64,000 nt of DNA, from the NCBI GenBank assembly GCA_951406725.2, contig OX597819.1, positions 49,848,001-49,912,000 of the forward strand, read 5' to 3'. The translations under genes and the position numbers were made by a program. The DNA is from Octopus vulgaris. Taxonomy: Eukaryota. This document shows positions 11,721 to 24,640 of this stretch, piece after piece (position 1 is the first letter of the stretch; each line of letters begins with the position of its first letter). The notes under the pieces are model-generated. The model saw only the letters and a list, made by a program, of their open reading frames with translations, searched no databases and was not told where the DNA came from.

Positions 11721-12808
11721 GATCTTGTTAAATTCTTTCTAACCACTAGAATTTTCAGAAATAATCACCAGAATAGTTTTCAAATTTCAAATTTTCTACA
11801 CTGGTGTAGTTTTGCATACTCATGTCCAAGATTACATTCATTTTCTCAGCATGCAAAACTACATCAAAACTATATTTTTTTGAAATATTTTGGTGGCTGG
11901 AAAAAATTTAACAAGATTTGGGATATTTTCTCTTTGGCTGCCAATTTCCAATCTCTTTAATTCCTGCACGAATTGATTTCATATTCGGTGCAATGATATG
12001 GTTTTATATGGTAATCACTGCTTTGAAATTCAAATTTACAATAAACCAATAAATAAAAAAGTTACTAGCTTTTAAAGTTTGAAAATTTGGGGTAATTTTA
12101 GACAGTCGAAAGCCACAGACTCATTCATGCTTATTTCCATAGTAACAAGCCAAACATGAGAACTCTTTTGTCTGCGAAATAACACGTGTTGACAAATATA
12201 TTCTATGAGAGAATATGTGCGTCGATGCAGTGTTCTGCTGCTAAAATGTGTTAAAAGAAATTGCCAAATAGACCTTAAATCGCGCACCCCCTATTATTTT
12301 TGTTTTTTTTTGTTTTGCATAATCGTATCAATTCCCGAGTGTGGAATACAAATTCCCAAAAATTTTCTGAAAAAAATTATGAGGGGCTATATGTCGTGCG
12401 TAAAGCAGAAGTTGATTTATTTACAGTTGCAAAATCAAAACACGTCACGCTCAAAATGACAGCTTTCCAAATCCTGTTTTCTAACTGGGTGAAAATTATC
12501 TATAACTTTCTGGAGAAAGTGGAATATCGCTGAAATTCAGCCTGGAAAACTATATTAATGTACCAAATTTCAGAATTTTCAATATACTTTGAATTTTCGA
12601 AAATTAGCAACCAAACTGAAAATAACCACCAGAATAGTTTTCAAATTTCAAATTTTCTACACTGATGTAGTTTTGCATGTTCATGTCCAAAACCACATTC
12701 GTTTTCTCATATGTAAAAAAAAAACTACATCAAAACTATATCTTTTGAAAATATTCTGGTGAATATTTTTAATATTTCAAGTGGCTGGAAGAAATTTAAC
12801 AAGATCTG
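11721..12808. mobile_element. Probable non-autonomous DNA transposon with terminal inverted and internal direct repeats
   Basis: agatcttgttaaattctttctaaccact at 11721 is inverted to agtggctggaagaaatttaacaagatct ending at 12808. About 11760-11915 is repeated at about 12620-12808. Confidence 0.5.
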
Positions 12809-13237
12809 AACATACTTTTCTCCAGAGTATTTCGACAATCTCCTCTCTAGAAATGTTTGATTTAGTATTTCTTTCACAAATTTATCCTTTTCGTTTTTCA
12901 TTTACTATTTAGTTTCATTTTTCTGTTATTATTGTCGTCTCTTAGAATAGAGAGAGAGAGAGGGGGGAGGAGAGACAGAGAGAGCGAGAGGGTGGTGTTT
13001 GAGAGAGGAGAGTATTGAGAAAGTTGGTAAATGAGAACTGAGTGGTACACTGATAAGCAAATGAATAGATAAACAGGCCGACAATTAGGAAGACGCACAC
13101 ACACTCACACACACACACGTACACACACATACACACGCACACACACATACCCATATACAAACACACACCTACATATATGTGACGTCCTGTAGCCATATAT
13201 GCATATATAAAGGCATATATATATGCATATGTATATA

Positions 13238-13289
<52 letters not shown>

Positions 13290-13290
<1 letters not shown>

Positions 13291-13935
13291 TTACTTGAAC
13301 ACCACGCATCCATGTCCAAGTAAGTTTATCTTAACCTTTTTGATGCAACTCTACTCTATACAGTTTTCTCCCCCATTCTTAACTTATTTCCTTTTTCTTC
13401 CCTTCACCGTTTCTTCTCTCTCCCTTTCTTGCTCTTTTTCCCCTCTCTTGTTACTTACCTGTGACCATCGTTCAACTTTCTTTTCCCCACGTGACCATCT
13501 TTCTTTTCCTGCTCGACGTGCTCATGATTGGACGTTTTCCGTCTCTCTCTTCTATCTTTTCTTTTTTCAAAGAAAATATTTCTCCCAGCGTTCATGATTT
13601 TCCTATCGTTCTGGTCTAACGACCCTCCATGTTTGTTTTCGTTTGGCATCCTTGTATGTCTCCACTGTTCTGTTTTTGTTCCCAACTTTGACTCTCCATA
13701 AATCCCAAATTTTATTTTGGAATTTATGAGAGCAACTGCTTCCGAAAGCTCATATTGTCGTTGAACGCTCGAAATGAGGTGTAGATAGACAGCTGACAAC
13801 TGATGAAGAGTCGTTCTCTGTGTTACTTGTCCTGTTTACCAAAATTTTCTCTCGTTGTTTGCATATTTAACTCGTTTGTTTTCGTACTTCATGTTGTTTG
13901 CGCAGTTGGTTACGTCCTGTACCCATATATGCACA
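13290..13935 (+). repeat. Pyrimidine-rich Penelope/retrozyme-like element, diverged relative of the ~880-bp family
   Basis: Downstream of the ribozyme it shares ttgtcctgt..gtcctgtac.catatatgc with 31395-31510. Flanked by (TA)n. Confidence 0.65.
13749..13816 (+). ncRNA. Hammerhead ribozyme with non-circularly permuted strand order
   Basis: CTC-ATA(site)-TTGTCG-tt-GAACGCTC-GAAA-TGAG-15 nt-TGACAA-CTGATGA-A-GAG-t-CGTTC. Stem III CTCAT/ATGAG, stem I TTGTCG/TGACAA, stem II GAACGCTC/GAG(t)CGTTC. Confidence 0.85.
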
Positions 13936-14019
13936 TATATATATATATATATATTATTTATACTACTATTTATATATATATATATATATATATACATACA
14001 TACATACACGTAAATACAT

Positions 14020-14060
14020 TAGCATCGGTTGTCAAGCGCTGTTGGGGCCACACACACACA

Positions 14061-14104
<44 letters not shown>

Positions 14105-14186
14105 TATATATATATATATATATATCTCACGGGCTTCTTTCAGTTTCCGTCTATCAAATCCACCCACAAGGCTTTGGTCGGCCCGT
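14020..14186 (-). mobile_element. SINE family A fragment
   Basis: agcatcggttgtcaagc..gggcttctttcagtttccgtc..ggctttggtcggccc. Confidence 0.75.
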
Positions 14187-14187
14187 G

Positions 14188-14258
14188 GGCATATGGCGTA
14201 GTGGTTAAGAGCGTGGGCTACTAACCCCAAGATTCCGAGTTCGATTCCAGGTAGTGAT

Positions 14259-14262
<4 letters not shown>
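14188..14262 (+). mobile_element. Short tRNA-derived SINE or tRNA pseudogene with (AAT)n tail
   Basis: A box tggcgtagtgg, B box gagttcgattcc, anticodon-like arm gtggg-ctactaa-ccc, no clear acceptor stem, followed by (aat)n. Confidence 0.65.
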
Positions 14263-14331
<69 letters not shown>

Positions 14332-14336
14332 GTAAA

Positions 14337-14735
14337 GGCGCGTGGCTTAGTGGTTAGGGCATTCGGCTCACGATTATAAGGTAGTGAGTTCGATTCCCAG
14401 CGACGCGTTGAGTCCTTGAGCAAGTCACTTTATTTCACGTTGCTCCAGTCCACTCAGCTGGCAAAAATTAGTTGTATTTGTATTTCAAAGGGTCAGCCTT
14501 GTCACACACTGTGTCCGCTGAATCTCCCTAAAAACTACGTTAGGGGTACATGTCCGTAAATTGCTCAGTTACTTGCACGTTAATTTCACGAGCAAGCTGT
14601 TCCATTGGTCGTATCAGCTGTGTAGTAGTGGCGCGCGCACACATTATTAGCCATTTGAAAAGACTATGAAAGTCTCGACCACGGTCGAACAATGATGATG
14701 ATGATGGGACCCTCGTCGTCGTAACCGACGGAGTA
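14337..14735 (+). mobile_element. SINE family C (tRNA head, ccttgagcaag.cacttta core)
   Basis: ggcgcgtggcttagtggttaggg..gagttcgattcc..; ends ctcgtcgtcgtaaccgacgga; second copy at 15531. Confidence 0.85.
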
Positions 14736-14809
14736 CTACTTCTTTTTTATTTAATAATAATAATAATAACATCGAAAAATACCTTAGGAATGAGAACACA
14801 TGTTCAAAA

Positions 14810-14855
14810 GATACCTGATGTAGGTTGGAGAGTATATCAGCCGAAACGTTGTGTT
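14810..14855 (+). ncRNA. Minimal hammerhead-like motif (loopless stem III, core variant)
   Basis: gatac-CTGATGT-a-ggttg..cagcc-GAAAC-GTT-gtgtt. A9 is changed to T, so it is probably decayed. Confidence 0.55.
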
Positions 14856-15530
14856 AACAACAAACAAGATGAGGAGATAAGGCGAAATATCCGTCAAATA
14901 TAAATAATGTAAATAATGTACATAATTCCTGATCTCTTAAATATAGAACAGAAGTTTTAAGACTTTGAATGGTTATGAGGGTCCCATCCCCTGAGCAAAG
15001 GGGTCCATAGGTAAAAGATGGTTATGAACTATTGGTTTAAACAATAACAACGCCTTGCTCCTGCTTCACCCTTTCTTTCCCTCTTTCAATTCCACCTTAA
15101 ACCCTCTGCTATTCTTATTCCTCTTCTTCCTCCTCCTTCTGCTTTCATTCTCTCTTTCTCCTCTTTCTCTTTTATATCCAGTTCCTGTGCGATCCATTTC
15201 ATCAACCGGATCGAAAACATCGCCCACACAGCAAACTTCCGCTATTTTATCGGCCACCAATCTACTTTCTCCCTTTTCTGTGTTCTGTGTACCAGCTCGA
15301 TGCCAATGTTATTAACATGTTAAGCCAGCCAGCCAGCCAGTCAGCAAGCCACACATGCACGCATCTACCCGTCCAGCCAACCAGCCAACCAACCAACCAA
15401 CCAGCCAGCCAGCCAACCAGCCAACCAACCAACCAACCAGCCAACCAACTAACCAGCCAACAAACAAACCAACCAGCCAACCAGCCAAAAAGCCAGCTTC
15501 TTCAGTCATTAACAACCAACTAACCAGCTA

Positions 15531-15866
15531 AGGCGCGCGGCTTAGTGGTTAGGGCATTTGACCAACGATCGTGAGGTCGTGAGTTCGATTCCCGGAGGCG
15601 CGTTGTGTCCTTGAGCAAAACACTTTCTTTCATCTCACTGCAGTCCAATCACCTGGCGAAAATTAGTTGTACCTGTAATTCAAGAAGGCCAGCGTTGTCA
15701 CATTCTATGTCACGCTGAATCTCCTTGAGAACTACATTAAAAGTACGCATGTTTGTGAAGAGCTCAGTCACTTGTACGGAACAGCCTGCTCAGGATATTT
15801 CTTGAGCAGGCTGTTCCGTTTATAGGAACAACTGGAGCACTCGTCGTCGTCACCGACGGAGAGCCA
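15531..15866 (+). mobile_element. SINE family C
   Basis: Homologous to 14337-14735. Confidence 0.85.
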
Positions 15867-16260
15867 GGCTATCCAATCAAAACAAGCTGATAACCAGCTA
15901 ACCAATCAAAACATGCTGACATATAAGACGTGGGTGGTCATCTTATCTACAATAATAAGCTAAATAACCAGCAGTTAATGCTGTATGGCAGCAAGGGTTT
16001 CCAGATATTCTCTTTCTTCCTTTCTTATCCTCCTCTTCTCCCAACCCTATTTCGTTCTTCCTTTCTTTCAAAACAGGAAGCTACGGAATCATCAGATAAT
16101 GGTGTCGTAGACAGGATTCAACGATTCAAACGTAAGTATTAAGAGTGTTTCACTGTCAGTATGTCCGCCAGTTTCTCTGAATGACTGCCTGCCACAGTCT
16201 GACATTTTGCCTTTTACACTATAAGAGCAGCAAAAGAAAAAAAAAAAAAAAAAAGAATTA

Positions 16261-16550
16261 GGCGCTGTCGTGGGTGTGTGGTAAGAAGTTTGCTTCCCAA
16301 CCACATGGTTGTGGGTTTAGCCCCAGTGATTGACACCATGGGCAAATATCTTCTACAATAGCCCCAGATCGACCAAAGCCTTGTGAGTGGATTTTGGCAG
16401 ACGGAAACAAACCAACACCGGTTGTCATACTGTGTCTCTGTGTTTGGCCCCACCACCGCTTGATAACCTTGGTTTGTTTACGTCCACGTAGCCAGGCAGT
16501 TTGGCAAAAAAAGACCGTTAGAATGAGTATCAGACTTGAAAAAAAGAAAA
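16261..16550 (+). mobile_element. SINE family A (diverged)
   Basis: gtgtggtaagaagtttgcttcccaaccacatgg..gaccaaagccttgtgagtggatt. Confidence 0.75.
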
Positions 16551-16646
16551 AAGAAAAACAAAATGTATTAGGGTCACATTCTATAGCTCTACATTGGTCT
16601 ACGCCAAACCGACTTCATTTTGTAGTCACAACTATTTTACTAATAA

Positions 16647-17043
16647 CTAGCAGTATCGCCCGGCGTTGCTCGGGTTTGTAAGGGAAATAACTATATAAGC
16701 ATTTTTAGAGAGTTATAGCCAAAAAATAGCAAAAAAATGCATTAAAAATGGAAAAAAATGATGGTAATTTTTTTTTTAAATCGTTGACTCATCGTAGACA
16801 TTTTTAGAGAGTTACTTCCCTTATATAATAGCGAAAAAATGCATTAAAATGGAAAAAAATGATGGTAATTTTCTTTTTTAATCATAGACTCATCGTAGAC
16901 GCGCGCTAATACCCAGAAGGGCTCGATATGAATCACGACTATAAGATACCCGGTTTTGGTTAAACTGCACCGCAAAATGTGGGAGTAGTTAGGAATCTAA
17001 ATCGTAGGAGACAGACACACAACCTCTCTTTTATATATAAAGA
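16647..17043 (-). mobile_element. Non-autonomous Helitron
   Basis: Minus strand begins A|TC and ends with the GC hairpin cccgagcaacgccggg about 8 nt before CTAG|T. Confidence 0.8.
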
Positions 17044-17269
17044 TTATACGATAAGCGTGAACTCGAGAGCGCTAATTATACCACCAGTTAATTCTAAAAT
17101 GTAACCCTCCCACACTTACCTTACTTCTAGCTTTATGTTTCTCGTACTTTATTGTATTGATTATATCTGATCCCTCACTTTTAGCCTCTCGTTTTCATTT
17201 ACATAGTATGTAACTTTAACTAGTATATCCTAACTCTTAGGATTGCTAATGAGTTAGAGTATGAATCGT

Positions 17270-17570
17270 TGTATGTATGTATGTATGTATGTATGTATGT
17301 ATGTATGTATGTATGTATGTATGTATGTATGTATGTATGTATGTATGTATGTATGTACGTATGTATGTATGTACGTATTATGTACGTACGTATGTATGTA
17401 CGTATGTATGTATGTATGTATGTATGTATGTATGTATGTATGTATGTATGTATGTATGTATATATGTATGTATGTATGTACGTATGTATATATGTATGTA
17501 TGTACGTACGTATGTATGTACGTATGTATGTATGTATGTATGTATGTATGTATGCATGTATATATGTATG
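17270..17570. repeat. (TATG)n microsatellite
   Basis: About 300 bp of gtat repeats; source of the YVCM/HTYI ORFs. Confidence 0.95.
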
Positions 17571-18039
17571 TGTGAATATCATCTGTGTATATATGCTTAT
17601 GAATATATATGTATGTATATATATATACACAAATGATGGTATAAATAGATCTGATCCCTTAAACCAAGCGATGAACTTCTGCTATTTATGGAATTACTGT
17701 TTTGATATAAATAATTTATGAGATCTGGTGTGTGTGTGTGTGTGAGTTAAAGTGCGCATGCGTGTGTGTGTGTCTGTGTGTGAGCGTATGTATGTGAAGG
17801 TATGCGTATGAATGTGTCTAAGAACATTCATAGGAGGTGTGTGTGTGCATGTACGTTTTTGCCATTATCAATGGTCTTGGAATGACATTTCTGTCCTGAA
17901 TCAGTCGTACATGAAATTCCAACAGTTCAGGACTCTCTGCTACGGTAACTAAGTATCTCTCTCTACAAAAACATATGCATTGCCTTTACCATATACAGTC
18001 TCCTATCTCGATATTCAAAACCCTGTTTATTCATACTTT

Positions 18040-18260
18040 TTTTACTCTTTTACTTGTTTCAGTCATTTGACTGTAGCTATGCTGGAGCACCGCATTTAGT
18101 CGAAGACATCGACTCCAGGACTTATTCTTTGTAAGCCTAGTTACGGGGACGTAAACACACCAGCCCGGTTGTCAAGCGATGTTGGGGGACAAACACAGAC
18201 ACACAAACATATACACACATACATACATACATACATACATACATACATACATACATACAT

Positions 18261-18322
<62 letters not shown>

Positions 18323-18496
18323 TCACACACATACATACATATATACGACGGGCTTCTTTCAGTTTCCGTCTACCAAATCCACTCACAAAGCTTTGGTCGG
18401 TCCGAGGCTATACTAGAAGACACTTGCCAAGGTGCCACGCAATGGGACTGAACCCAGAACAATGTGTTTGGTAAGCAAGCTACTTACTTACCACAG
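18040..18496 (-). mobile_element. SINE family A
   Basis: Tail ttttacttgtttcagtcatttga through head gcaagctactt. Confidence 0.85.
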
Positions 18497-18735
18497 AGCC
18501 ATTTCTCTTCCTTTTCTCCATACTTTTTCTTCTCTATGTATTTTTTCTATTTATTCATTCATTTATCGTTATCTTATTCTCTATTTTTGCATCATATGGT
18601 TTATTCCTTTACATACTACGGTACGATGAACGAAATTTTTGGGAATACTGTATTTTGCAAGTATATTTTGTGGAAAAATCAAATTTAATATGTTTCATCA
18701 AGCACTCATTGAAAAAATATTCTAAAATAGTTTTC

Positions 18736-18855
18736 AGGCTGTGTGGTAAGTAGCTTGCTTACCAATCACATGGTTCTGCGTGGCACCTTGGGCAGGTGTC
18801 TTCTACTATAACCTTGTGAGTGGATTTGGTAGACGGAAACTGAAAGAAGTCCGTC

Positions 18856-18939
<84 letters not shown>

Positions 18940-19150
18940 GTGTGTGCGTGTTTGTCCCCCCCCCCACCAGCATCGCTTGACAACCGATGTTGGTGTGTTT
19001 ACGTCCCCGTAACTTAGCGGTTCGGCAAAAGAGACCGATAGAATAAGTTCTAGGCTTACAAAGAATAAGTCATGGTGTTGATTTGCTCGACTAAAGGCGT
19101 TGCTCCGGCATGGCCATAGTCAAATGACTGAAACAAGTAAAAAGAGAGTA
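18736..19150 (+). mobile_element. SINE family A
   Basis: ggctgtgtggtaagtagcttgc..catggccatagtcaaatgactgaaacaagtaaaag. Confidence 0.85.
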
Positions 19151-19431
19151 AACATAATGTTTTAACCTTTATTTTATTTATTTTATTGTATTTACCTTTT
19201 TACCAGAATTTGTATTCATCCACTTTTATCACTTCATTAATGCAATTCATATAAGATAATTCTAGTATTTGTAAGGAGTGGAATCTGCCGAATACATCTA
19301 TTGTCTGTGACTATATGATGAAACTCTTTGCTATACAGTAGAGTCTAGTGTCTTAACTTGACATGGAAAGTCCGAAAGTGTAGTCAGTTCTTTGTGTTAC
19401 ATCACAATTATATATATGGGGTGTGCATATA

Positions 19432-20663
19432 CCAGGGTGAGTCAAAAGTTTTTTCGGATTTTCACTGATGATTTTTGGCAACTAGTACTTCTATGTTATA
19501 TCACTGATTTCATTGTTGTGCAATGATTCCTGGATTGTTGATACGTTGTTTTCATATATAACATATAAACATTTATTGGTTATTCTTAATTTTAAAGCTT
19601 TGATAATGAGTGGTGGAATAATTGCAATTAGAGCCATTTTACGCTACATGTGGAAAAGGAAGAATTGATGGCAGTGGCAAAAGAAATAAATGATGTAAAA
19701 GGCCTAGGAACTGTTAACAAATGTGTAGCATAAAACTAGTTCAGACGTTTCTAGGAAAGTGATGCGATCCTCAAAGGCAATCCAAGGCGAGGGAGACCTT
19801 CTGATGTAGAAGATGTGGCCTTGTTTGAAATGGTTGAGCCAAGCACAAGCACTCGTACATGGTCGACAGAACTTGGTCCTTTACAAAGCACCATCAATAG
19901 ACACCTCCAAAAGCTCAACCTTGTGAATAGACGTTGTTGAGAAGCCCTTCATGACCAGGCTCAACGACGTATGAACATTTACAAACAGCTGCTGGCAAAT
20001 CCTTGAGATGCCCGTCATTGGCGTCGAACTATAACAGGGGATGAAAACTTCATTTATTTTCATTATCCAAATAAGAAAAATCAATAGCTTAGTTCCGGGC
20101 AGTTTGAACAGAATGTTATGTTATGTGATTTGGTGTAATTTCGAGGTGGCGTTGCACTTTGAACTTGTCCCAGATGTGCATGTTCTGAGCGCTAACCTTT
20201 ATGCCCAATAACTTCAGCGAGTATATGATGCTTTGAAAGCTACTCGTCAATGGTCAATCAAAGATGTGCATTACTACAATATGACAACGCCCCTTCCCCA
20301 CACCACAGACCATCAATGTCACCCAGCGCAAACTTGAGGAACTTGAAGGGATGGAAGCGCTGCCTTACCTTGCCTATAATCCAGACCTTGTACCATCAGA
20401 TTTCTACTTTTTCTGGGCCACGGCTCATCCCCTTCACAGCCGGAGGTTCGACAAAGTGAGTAAGGTTGCAAACCGGTGCAGGGGTTTCTTTTGCTTCTGA
20501 ACCAGGCAAATGGTATAAGCGAGAAATTTAGCTTCAGACATAACGATGGCAACAGACAACGGAATATGATTGGATAAATTTTGATAAATAAACGCTCTTC
20601 GTAATTTGTTTGAACTATTAAATAAAGGTTGAAACACGAAAAAAAACATTTGTCTCAACCTGG
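19432..20663 (+). mobile_element. Decayed mariner (Tc1/mariner) DNA transposon
   Basis: TA-flanked terminal inverted repeats ccagggtgagtcaaaagtttttt / aaaaaacatttgtctcaacctgg; length about 1.23 kb. Transposase relics FRRF..PRRGRPS, ITGDEN, LLQYDNAP and PYNPDLVPSDF with stops and frameshifts. Confidence 0.9.
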
Positions 20664-20741
20664 TATATTCATATATATTTTCTCTTAAGCGTTTCAGCTT
20701 TAAATCTGCGGTCAGCTGGGGCACCATTGTTATAAAATGGA

Positions 20742-20861
20742 ATGCTTACAGCACTTGGGCTTTCCAAGCGGTCACCCATCTAAGTACTAACTAGGCTCAA
20801 TGTTGCTTAACTTCGGTGATCAGACTAGAACCGGTGCTTTCAACATGATATGGCCGTAAGC
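20742..20861 (-). pseudogene. 5S rRNA copy (probably retroposed) fused to a LINE 3' tail
   Basis: Minus strand gcttacggccatatcatgttgaaagcaccggttct..gatcaccgaagttaagcaac..gttagtacttagatgggtgaccgc..gctgtaagc is a full-length, 120-nt eukaryotic 5S. Confidence 0.9.
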
Positions 20862-21033
20862 ATGTATATTCATATATATATATATATGACGGATGGTGTA
20901 GCGTTGCTTATGTAACTAACAGATTACGAAACAGCTGTCAACTAATGGAATAAATCTCTATTCTCTCATTTCTCTTCTCTTATCTGGTCAGTTTACACAG
21001 ACTCACACACAAACATATGTGAACGTATGTGTG

Positions 21034-21093
<60 letters not shown>

Positions 21094-21578
21094 TATATAT
21101 GTATGTATGTGTATATTTGAGTGTATGTATGGATGGATGGATGGATGTACCGCTGCTTGTATAAGTAAATCTCCATAGAAAATTTAGGCTTAATTACGAA
21201 CATTTATGTATGTGCGTATGTATATTTATGCATACTCATTAACGAATGTTTTCAAACACATATACATGCCTGTATATATACACACACACATTCTCACATA
21301 GAGAGATTTATACATACACATATATTCGCGCCTATGCCAACCCGCACGTGTGTACATATGTACATATGGAAGTTAGCAATATCTCTATGCAAACACACAA
21401 GCATATACACTCAACTTCAATACACATAAGCAAAAGCAAAATAATATTTAAGTGATTTATCGAATGATCGATTGAATATGTGAGGAGTTAGTGATCGAAT
21501 AAATGAAAGAGAGCGAGGCAATGTTTATATGGGATATTTTTATATATAAGTTGATAGATGGATAGATAGACAGATTGA

Positions 21579-21614
<36 letters not shown>

Positions 21615-21717
21615 AGGAAGGGAAAAAGAGGAAGAGAGATAAGGGATTTCGAAAAAGTTCAAACATCAGTACAAAACTAGATATATCATATTAGTTTATA
21701 CATACAAAGGTACACAC

Positions 21718-21795
<78 letters not shown>

Positions 21796-22297
21796 TCAAG
21801 CGATTTGATAATTTCCTCTATTTTAAAAATGGTAGAAAATAAAAAAAAAAACCTGGAACTAAAAAAGTTTGAAAAATCCCTCGGAGATAGCGCGGTCTAT
21901 GTATATGTGTGTAGGCGTGGGTTGGGGGGATGATTGTATTAATAATATATATATATATATACATAAAGAAAGAAAACTCAATAAACTTCACTGGTTTTTT
22001 TGAAAAGAGCTTTTTATGGGACCTTCTGCTATTAAATTGTGTATTAAAAAAATCTGTGATGCTTAACTTCTTTGTGTAATATTTTGAATGGGTGTGCAAG
22101 CTGACTGACTGCCTGTCTGTCTCTCTGGCTGTCTGGCTGTCTGACTAATTGGGTGGATAGCTTAATTGAGTCGTGATGATGGTTATGATGATGATGATTA
22201 CAAAATAGTGCATAAATGCATAAATGTATAATATATGTGTATGGCTTTGTATGCATCCATGTTCATCCATATTTGAGCGTACACACACACACACAAC

Positions 22298-22396
<99 letters not shown>

Positions 22397-22409
22397 CATT
22401 CATATATAG

Positions 22410-22620
22410 AGTTTAAAACTAAACTGGATCTCTTGTCAGGGTTCCAGATGAACCTACCCCTCGGCAGGAAACACAGATGCGGGCAGCGGCGTCGAATTCC
22501 CTTGTTGACCAAGTGCCACGTATCAGAGGTGGTTTCACATACTAGTGTAGCACATTGAACGGTGGTGCCCCAGCATGGCCGCAGCTTTCGGGCTGAAACA
22601 TTTTAAAGGATTTCAGGATT
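22410..22620 (+). mobile_element. 5'-truncated CR1-like LINE 3' end (same family as 1-298)
   Basis: EFKTKLDL..VPDEPT..AASNSLVDQVP, then tail ggtggtgccccagcatggccgcagctttcgggctgaaac. Confidence 0.8.
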
Positions 22621-22753
22621 TATTAATGTGCATATTTATGAACGATCTAACATTTCTGTTCGTTTGAGTTTGATTATGGCATATATATATGCATTCACGA
22701 ATGACATACATTTATGCATTTAATATCTGCGCGTGCGCGCCTGTGTATTCATG

Positions 22754-22827
<74 letters not shown>

Positions 22828-22917
22828 CACATATATATATATATATTGATCTACCAACCTACCTATCTGTCTGACTGTCTGTCTGTCTGTATGTATGTAC
22901 ATATGTGTGTGGGTAAG

Positions 22918-22977
<60 letters not shown>

Positions 22978-23544
22978 CCAGCATGGCCACAGCTCGTGAG
23001 CTGAAACTAGATAAAATTTAAAAAATAAATACATAATTTCAAAGCTGTCACAATATTTTTTTTTTGTAAAATAACTCTCATTGTTTCTCTTTGAAATATC
23101 GCCATAAACAAAATTTTGATCGCTAGATAAAAACACAGCTGTATGTACTAGCTTAAAACATATATTCATTCACTAGATGTAATGAAATATTGGGATTTAT
23201 AGCCCCATTAAAATTTTCGGAAACTCACATGACTGACAATTCGTTCTAAGATGGCGTGGTGCTAATGATACACAAAGTCGCCGCGGAGTAATCGGGGAAT
23301 GAGGATGTAATAAAATAGAAACAGCACCAGCATACTCACAGTCAAATGACTGGAACAAATAAAAGATAAAAACACCGTAGAGCAAACTAAAAGTTGTATC
23401 CTACAATATATAAATATGTAGTCACGAAATGCAGTGCTCTCCCTTGAAACCCAAAGAAAGCCAAGCATTTCGAAAACGTTCACATCCCGTTGGACATATG
23501 ACTGACAATCTGGAGTTATAAGTTCTATATTTATAAAATGCAAT

Positions 23545-23945
23545 AAGGCAGTTTGCTGGCAGACGAGTTCAAATTCCGCAGAGGTTGACTTTGCCTTTCA
23601 TCAAATTCAGGGTTGATAAAATAAGTACTAGTTGAATAACGAGGTCACCGTAAACGACTTACCCCCCCACCCCCGAACTTGCTGGCCTTGTGCCAAAATT
23701 TGAAACCAATATCTATACGGTGCAATAAGGTAGCTCGCTGGCAGAATCGTTAGCACGCCGCGCAAAATGCTTAGCAGCATTTCATCTGCCTTTGCGTTCG
23801 GAGTTCAAATTCCGCCGAGGTTGACTTTACCTTTCATCACTTTCCGGGTTGATAAAGTAAGTACCAGTTGAACACTGGAATCGATGTAATCGACTTGAAC
23901 ACCTTTCTTAAATTTCTGGCCTTGTGCAGGAATTTGAATCCCATA
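23545..23945 (+). mobile_element. Two adjacent SINE family B copies
   Basis: gctggcaga..gagttcaaattccgc.gagg.tgacttt.cctttcatc occurs twice. Confidence 0.75.
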
Positions 23946-24049
23946 CCAAATATGATTTAAATACGGTAGCAAACAGGTGCCTACATAGTTGTGTAGTTAA
24001 GTAGTTCGTCTTTGCTATCACGTGTTTTTTGTGGTGGAGAGGCGTATAA

Positions 24050-24640
24050 TAACACTGCTTTATTAATAGACATTGCAAAGCAAAGTCGCACTGGAAATTG
24101 TACCTCAAATGGCATGTTTGTTGGTTTGATTTTAATTCTTGGAATGAAAACCTCTTCCCCAGAGACACATCCAGTAATGATAGTAGCTACTGTCACATTA
24201 GGTTATAATACCTATTTCTTTATTACCCACAAGGGGCTAAACACAGAGGGGACAAACAAGGACAGACATAGGTATTAAGTCGATTATATAAACCCTAGTG
24301 CGTAACTGGTACTTAATTTATCGACTCTGAAAGGATGAAAGGCAAAGTCGACCTCGGCGGAATTTGAACTCACAACGTAACGGCAGACGAAATACGGCTT
24401 TCGCCCGGCGTGCTAACGTTTCTGCCAGCTCGCCGTTTTTTTTTTGGAGATAATACCTTCACAATCAGCCTTGATAATGATTCAGTAACTGCAATTTTTT
24501 GTTACCTTACCTTGGAGAGAAGCAATGTTACAAATGTTTTACCTGTGCTACCAGGAGCATCAAGAAAGAAAATTCCTCTGGTTTTTTCTGGCGATTGTGT
24601 GCATACAATGAACGAGATTACCATAGAATGAAAAAAACGT
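24050..24640 (-). pseudogene. Helitron PIF1-type helicase remnants, interrupted by a SINE
   Basis: Minus-strand FFLDAPGSTGKTF (Walker A, about 24530-24570) and GEEVFIPRI..QFPVRLCFAMSINKA (about 24055-24165). Confidence 0.8.
24210..24435 (-). mobile_element. SINE family B
   Basis: Reverse complement of 38335-38568. Confidence 0.85.

Noticed and set aside
14188-14262. Functional tRNA gene
   Set aside because: No convincing acceptor stem, an atypical ACT anticodon and an (AAT)n tail point to a tRNA-derived retroposon.
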